A stretch of DNA of 63,938 nucleotides, filler included, from an uncultured bacterium (lineage in GTDB: Bacteria > Hinthialibacterota > Hinthialibacteria > Hinthialibacterales > Hinthialibacteraceae): the NCBI GenBank assembly GCA_964449065.1. It is 7 parts of 7 records of this genome, joined end to end, with 100 filler letters (N's around TTAATTAATTAA, not from the genome) between each part and the next. Parts side by side here need not be neighbours in the genome. Positions count along the whole stretch, not along the records: positions 58,517 to 63,938 come from CAYVAZ010000338.1; 6 more parts are not named here. One strand, written 5' to 3'. This document shows, in pieces, positions 59,220 through 63,938 of this stretch. The first letter of the stretch is position 1. Each line of letters begins with the position of its first letter. Under the pieces are notes generated by a model. It worked only from the letters and a program-made list of their open reading frames with translations, made no database searches and had not been told where the DNA came from. A program made the position numbers and the translations under genes.

Positions 59220-59328
59220 ACCTCTCTGGCTGTTCCATGCCCTTGCAAGCAAGCGCGGCGCGCACCTTGTGCACAAAGGGCGAGTTGTTCGAGCCATGGA
59301 AGATAGGGCGGGGTGTAGATAGGTTCAT
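59220..59328 (-). pseudogene. Glutathione S-transferase N-terminal remnant
   Basis: IFHGSNNSPFVHKVRAALACKG resembles the GST-N start; rest of the fold absent; lower coordinate approximate. Confidence 0.5.
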
Positions 59329-59356
59329 GCGAGTATCCGGAGTATTTTGACCGAAG

Positions 59357-60364
59357 TTACTGTATTTTTAGCACCAGTTTACCTGTGTTGCGGCCGTCGA
59401 AAAGCATGCGCAGCGCTTCCGAAAAACTATCGATGCCTTCAACAATGTGCTCGTCCAGGATCAGTTTTCCCTCCTGCATCCATCCAAGCAACTCCATAAT
59501 CGCTGCGGGAAACCTGGCGCGATAATCAAAGACAACAAAGCCTTCCATGCGTGCGCGCTGGACCAGAAGTTGCATATAGTTGCGTGGGCCGACGGGGGGC
59601 GTGGCGCCGGAATTATTGTATTGACTGATCGCGCCGCAGATGACGACACGGCCATGCATGGCTATCCTGACCAGGGCCTGTTCGAGGGTCTCTCCGCCGA
59701 CATTGTCAAAATATACGTCGACGCGGTCGGGGCATGCGGCCTTGAGTGCTTTGGGTACATCGTCACTCTTGTAGTCGATGCACGCATCGAAGCCATACTT
59801 CTCGACGACCAACTCGCACTTTTCTTTTCCACCCGCGATGCCGACGACATGGCAGCCCTTGATCTTGGCAATCTGTCCCACGACGCTGCCAACGCCGCCG
59901 GCGGCTCCGGAAACCAGCACAGTTTCGCCTACCTTTGGCTGACCAATGTCCAGTAAGCCGAAGTATGCTGTCATCCCAGGCATGCCCAGGCCTCCCAGGA
60001 ATCTGGACGGAGACGCCAGTTCGGGCATGATCTTGGTGAAGCCCTGTGCCGTTCCCACGTAGTGAGTCTGGACGCCTGTGTTCCCAAGAACAGTATCACC
60101 CACAGCAAACTTGTCTGAATTGGTCGCGGTGACTTTACCGACGCCGCCGGCGCGCATCACTTCGCCAATACCCACCGGCGGGATATAGGAGCGTGTATCG
60201 TTCAGCCAGCCGCGCATGGCCGGGTCAACAGAGACATACTGGACCTCGACAGCAATTTCCCCATCGCCAGGGTCTGCCGGCGCATCTTCAGTTTTTTGCC
60301 AAACGTCATCCTTTGGCAGGCCTTCGGGTCGTGTTCTCAGTCTGATTTGTTCAGCCTTAGCCAT
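59357..60364 (-). CDS. NADP-dependent oxidoreductase (prostaglandin reductase/CurA-like MDR)
   Basis: SVDPAMRGW, GMPGMTAYFGL, VSGAAGGVGS, YFDNVGG, CGAISQYN, NTGKLV. Confidence 0.93.
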   Translation of the reverse strand: MAKAEQIRLRTRPEGLPKDDVWQKTEDAPADPGDGEIAVEVQYVSVDPAMRGWLNDTRSYIPPVGIGEVMRAGGVGKVTATNSDKFAVGDTVLGNTGVQTHYVGTAQGFTKIMPELASPSRFLGGLGMPGMTAYFGLLDIGQPKVGETVLVSGAAGGVGSVVGQIAKIKGCHVVGIAGGKEKCELVVEKYGFDACIDYKSDDVPKALKAACPDRVDVYFDNVGGETLEQALVRIAMHGRVVICGAISQYNNSGATPPVGPRNYMQLLVQRARMEGFVVFDYRARFPAAIMELLGWMQEGKLILDEHIVEGIDSFSEALRMLFDGRNTGKLVLKIQ

Positions 60365-60408
60365 GTTTGATGTCCTTGTTGATGCATAGCATTTACCATG
60401 TTAGTCTA

Positions 60409-60427
60409 ATATTGACAATGTCAATAT
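60409..60427. promoter_or_regulatory. Perfect palindromic operator candidate between divergent genes
   Basis: ATATTGACA-A-TGTCAATAT. Confidence 0.6.
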
Positions 60428-60535
60428 ACCGAAGCAAGGTAGATCAGGCGATTAACGATGTCAAGAGGTCTGCGCAGTCCCATTGCAGTTTCACTGGAGT
60501 CCATTCGACCGCGCTCCGCGCCTGGAGAAACCAGC

Positions 60536-61360
60536 ATGACCAAACTGATCAGCACACCCCTTGGGCAGCCGGTGACGGCTGCGCTGAGGGTTTTCTCCTA
60601 TCTCCCCAACCCGCGGGTCTGGAAAGTACTGATTGCGGCCGATTTGTGCGGCGTTGAAGTTGAGGTCGTGGGCGCCAAGCCCCAGGAGCTTGGCACCTGG
60701 CTGTGGGACTTCAATGCCAGAGAGTTGACCGATGCGGAGCGGACCGAAGATAGCCCCTATGCCCGGGTGAGTCGGCGCGGCTTCAGCGGCACGCTATACA
60801 AGACGGACGAGTTCCTGCAGGCGCAGCCGTTCGGCACCGTCCCTGCGGCCTTCAGCGGCGATGGCAGGGTAGGTATTTTTGAATCCGGCAGCATCCTGCG
60901 GTCAGTCGTGCGTGCTGCTAAGGACGATCATGGCCTCTATGGCCGGGATCATTACGCTGCATCGCGAATCGACAGTTTCCTCGACGCCTCGCTGGTCTTC
61001 GCCCGCGAGACCCAGGTCTACCTGCTGGCGGCCGACAGCATGAACGCCGTAACCTCAAAGCGGATGGCGGGCGCTTACGAATTCTTCCTGCACGGCATCG
61101 AGCAGGCGCTCAATGGCAGTCCTTACATTGCCGGTGAAGAACTGAGCATTGCCGATATAGGAATAGCCTGTGACCTCGCCCAGTTCCAGCGTGAGCGGTT
61201 GATGGCCGAGCGCCTCGCCGCGACAGGCTTTACACCCATCAGCGCCGGCCTCGAGGTCGATTATCCCCGCGTCACCGCGCATCTGAGGGAACTGGCGGCG
61301 CGTCCCGTTTTCGAGCAATATCTTGCCCGGAGTTTTGAACAAACACTGGTTTCCCAGTAG
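60536..61360 (+). CDS. Glutathione S-transferase-like protein
   Basis: SYLPNPRVWK, PFGTVPA, IFESGSILR, YIAGEELSIADI; GGAGA RBS before ATG 60536. Confidence 0.85.
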   Translation: MTKLISTPLGQPVTAALRVFSYLPNPRVWKVLIAADLCGVEVEVVGAKPQELGTWLWDFNARELTDAERTEDSPYARVSRRGFSGTLYKTDEFLQAQPFGTVPAAFSGDGRVGIFESGSILRSVVRAAKDDHGLYGRDHYAASRIDSFLDASLVFARETQVYLLAADSMNAVTSKRMAGAYEFFLHGIEQALNGSPYIAGEELSIADIGIACDLAQFQRERLMAERLAATGFTPISAGLEVDYPRVTAHLRELAARPVFEQYLARSFEQTLVSQ

Positions 61361-61375
61361 CCATCGGAGCATCAA

Positions 61376-62182
61376 ATGACAGATCCTTATCTATATACCG
61401 TTACCAACAACGTGGCCACGTTCAGTATCAATGACGCGCCGTGGAACTTGATGAGCATCGAGTACATCGACCGCCTGGAAGAGCAACTGCCCGATGTTTT
61501 GTCCGATGACAGCGTTCGCTCGATGGTGTTTACGGGCGAGGGCCTCGATCACTTCTCGGCGGGTATGAACCTTAAACAGCTCCCCGAAGGCGTAAAACGC
61601 GCGGGAAGCCCCCAAGCTTTTTTCGGCCAGCGCCACCGCGTGCTCGACATGATCGAGAACGGCGGTACCCCGGCTATTGCCACGCTCTTTGGTTATTGCC
61701 TGGGTGGGGGGCTGGAACTGCCCCTGGCCTGTCACTTCCGGATAGCGGCCGACAAGGGGGCAAAGATCGGGCTCCCGGAAATGGACCTCGGCAGTGTCCC
61801 TGCCTGGGGCGGTTCTGCTCGTTTACCGAGGGCAGTGGGGCGCACCTATGCGCTGGACATGATCTTGCGGGGCCGCAAGATCGACGGCGTGGAGGCCTAC
61901 CGCATCGGCCTGGTTACCGAATTGCTGCCTGTTGCGGATATCAAGGCCAGGGCACAGGCGCTGGGTGAGGAACTTGCCGCGCAGCCACGCCAGGCGGTCA
62001 AGTCGATGCTCGAGGTGGTTGTCGGCCACGAAACAAAGACGCTCGAGGAATCCATGGCGGACGAAATGGAAGCCGCCGTGGCCAACAGCGGCACTGCCGA
62101 CGCGCAGGAGGGTATGCTCGCCTTCATCAAAAAGCGCCCGCCGGTATTCAATCAGGCCTTGGGTGCGTCGGATAGGCAGTAG
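61376..62182 (+). CDS. Enoyl-CoA hydratase/isomerase
   Basis: FSAGMNL, CLGGGLELPLACHFR, GLPE..LG..PAWGGSARL, DAQEGMLAF.KKRPP.F. Confidence 0.93.
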   Translation: MTDPYLYTVTNNVATFSINDAPWNLMSIEYIDRLEEQLPDVLSDDSVRSMVFTGEGLDHFSAGMNLKQLPEGVKRAGSPQAFFGQRHRVLDMIENGGTPAIATLFGYCLGGGLELPLACHFRIAADKGAKIGLPEMDLGSVPAWGGSARLPRAVGRTYALDMILRGRKIDGVEAYRIGLVTELLPVADIKARAQALGEELAAQPRQAVKSMLEVVVGHETKTLEESMADEMEAAVANSGTADAQEGMLAFIKKRPPVFNQALGASDRQ

Positions 62183-62285
62183 GCGCCCGGCCACGGCCCC
62201 GGCCCGGGTTTGGCGTTTGAGCGGCCATTATCACGTCGTGCTACCGAAGAAAATCTTTATAAAAATTGCAGGAATCCGGTGATTT

Positions 62286-62999
62286 ATGACCAATCGAAAA
62301 CCATTGATCATCATTGCCGCCTTATCCATGGTGATGACAACACTGCTTTATGTTATCGGCATGTTCGTGATTGCAGGCTTTCTGCCCCCGCCCTCACCCG
62401 GCCTAAGCGAAGCAGAGGTAGTGGCGTTTTACCGCGACAACCATGCCTCTATCATTACCGGATTAAGCATGTCGTTGGTAGGTGCTGGATTCATGCTGCC
62501 ACTGTGCATTATCGGCTCGGTGTTTCTCTGGGAGTCTGAAGAGGGTTTTCCGTTTTTTGCGGTGATGCAGGGTTTGTGTGCAGTGGTCACGGTGCTATTT
62601 ACGACCTTCCCCCACTTTATCTGGCTCGCTGCTGCGTTTCGCATTGAGCGCTCACCCGAGCTGATTGCCTTGCTACATGATATGGGTTGGATCATGTGGG
62701 CGACGCCCTCATGGGGTTTTTCCTTCCAGTTGATATGCGTGGGGGTGTGCGGTCTTCGCGACAAGCGCCCACAGCCGTTTCTTCCTCGTTGGATGAGTTA
62801 CCTCGCGTTGTGGGTGGCTATCGGCATGGTCTACACGCCACTCGTGCCATTTTTTACTGCCTCAGGACCTTTCGCATGGGACGGTCTATTCTCATTCTGG
62901 GTGGCATTCTTCAGCCCAATATTCTGGATCATCCTGGTTTGCATGCTGGTAATACATAACGTTGTTTACAAAAAATCCGGGGGCGAAACTACCTTGTGA
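62286..62999 (+). CDS. Hypothetical multi-pass membrane protein
   Basis: About 6 TMs; FLPPPSP, AAAFR, LLHDMGW, FLPRW, GPFAWDG. Confidence 0.8.
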   Translation: MTNRKPLIIIAALSMVMTTLLYVIGMFVIAGFLPPPSPGLSEAEVVAFYRDNHASIITGLSMSLVGAGFMLPLCIIGSVFLWESEEGFPFFAVMQGLCAVVTVLFTTFPHFIWLAAAFRIERSPELIALLHDMGWIMWATPSWGFSFQLICVGVCGLRDKRPQPFLPRWMSYLALWVAIGMVYTPLVPFFTASGPFAWDGLFSFWVAFFSPIFWIILVCMLVIHNVVYKKSGGETTL

Positions 63000-63574
63000 G
63001 CCAGCAAACAGATCTCGCACAAAAAAACCATAGAGCCGAAACCGGCATGTGGCTATTCATTCTTGCCGACATGTGCATTTTTGCCATGTACTTTTTCGTG
63101 TTTGCCCGGGACAAATCCCTGCATTCGGAACACTTTATACAAGGGCAAGCAACACTTGATACCCGTCTCGGTGGTGTGAATATGCTCATCCTGTTTGTTA
63201 GTTCGTTTTTTATGGCCCAGGGCGTTAACGCAGCCAGAGTGTTGGACACCACAAACTATGCGCGGTACATATGCCTGACAATTCTGTGCGGCAGCGCATT
63301 TCTGGTGATCAAGGTCATTGAATATTCTGACAAATTTTCCGCCGGTTATTACATTGCCAGTAATGAGTTTTACCGAGACTATTTTGCCTTTACCGGATTG
63401 CATATGTTGCATGTCATCGTCGGGCTGTGTGTGCTGGTCTATGCCCTGCAATTTGGAACAAGAGCAACGCCTATAAGTAATCATTCCCGTTTCATTGAAA
63501 ACAGCGGTGTGTACTGGCACATGGTTGACCTGCTTTGGGTTGTGTTATTCGCATTTATCTATTTGGTGCCTTGA
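62996..63574 (+). CDS. Cytochrome c oxidase subunit III-like (NorE-like) protein
   Basis: GMWLFILADMCIF, NMLILFVSS, K.IEY, FTGLHMLHV, YWHMVDLLW. Confidence 0.88.
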   Translation: MSQQTDLAQKNHRAETGMWLFILADMCIFAMYFFVFARDKSLHSEHFIQGQATLDTRLGGVNMLILFVSSFFMAQGVNAARVLDTTNYARYICLTILCGSAFLVIKVIEYSDKFSAGYYIASNEFYRDYFAFTGLHMLHVIVGLCVLVYALQFGTRATPISNHSRFIENSGVYWHMVDLLWVVLFAFIYLVP

Positions 63575-63576
63575 AA

Positions 63577-63840
63577 ATGTTTGGCGTACACAAATATAAA
63601 TACTTTGTCGTGCTGGTACTGCTGCTGGCGCTAACCCTGCTGTCATGGCTGGTGCTCTATGTTGCCGGGTTGGAACCAAAAGCTGTCGGTGTGCTGTTGT
63701 TATCTCTGGCTTTCGTGAAGGTGCAACTCATCATCAGCCAGTATATGGAATTAAATAAAGCAATACTGTCAATGCGCGTGGCTTTCTGGATATGGACAAT
63801 AACGGTCGGTACAATTTCCATCGGGATATATTTGCATTAA
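63577..63840 (+). CDS. Cytochrome c oxidase subunit IV-like small membrane protein
   Basis: 3 TMs; LAFVKVQLIISQYMEL motif; start ATG 63577. Confidence 0.75.
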   Translation: MFGVHKYKYFVVLVLLLALTLLSWLVLYVAGLEPKAVGVLLLSLAFVKVQLIISQYMELNKAILSMRVAFWIWTITVGTISIGIYLH

Positions 63841-63938
63841 TGAAAACACACCTGGCTAAGGGACTTAAAGAGACTCTCTTTAACACTGCTGTCCGGTTAA
63901 CTGAGCCCATGATCCATGTAACTGCATGAGCCTGCTAC

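Overview
This window is not one locus. It is seven unrelated or unlinked contigs joined by six 100-nt N/TTAATTAATTAA linkers; the complete contigs fall in size from 9743 to 9503 nt, so they are sorted by length and adjacency across a linker means nothing. Contig 1 (1-9824, GC-rich) is a mobile-element segment. It carries a YeeA (MmeI-like MTase)-YeeB (SF2 helicase)-YeeC (GIY-YIG) defence cassette with two extra genes inserted (a TM protein and an 84-aa Ala/Ser/Lys tandem-repeat basic protein), then a PD-(D/E)xK-like nuclease, a ~160-nt fold-back and ardA. Contigs 2-5 are linked by shared small repeat families (contig 6 fits by style only), so 2-6 probably come from one organism. They hold housekeeping and envelope genes (purN, trpS, tRNA-Arg, long GreA, LolCDE-like, glycosyltransferases), sulfatases, an 842-aa flagellin with a CsrA-type leader and a duplicated upstream motif, many toxin-antitoxin modules and remnants (including a 739-bp-period MNT-HEPN array), tandem Uma2 nucleases and several MITE/REP families. 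Contig 7 (58517-end) encodes an S8 lipoprotein protease, an oxidoreductase, a GST-like protein, an enoyl-CoA hydratase and an orphan membrane protein/COX3-like/COX4-like trio. The best candidates for undescribed biology are the extended YeeABC cassette and its small basic repeat protein, the MNT-HEPN array, the motif upstream of flagellin and the COX3/4-like trio. All family calls come from motifs recognised by eye; no database searches were run.
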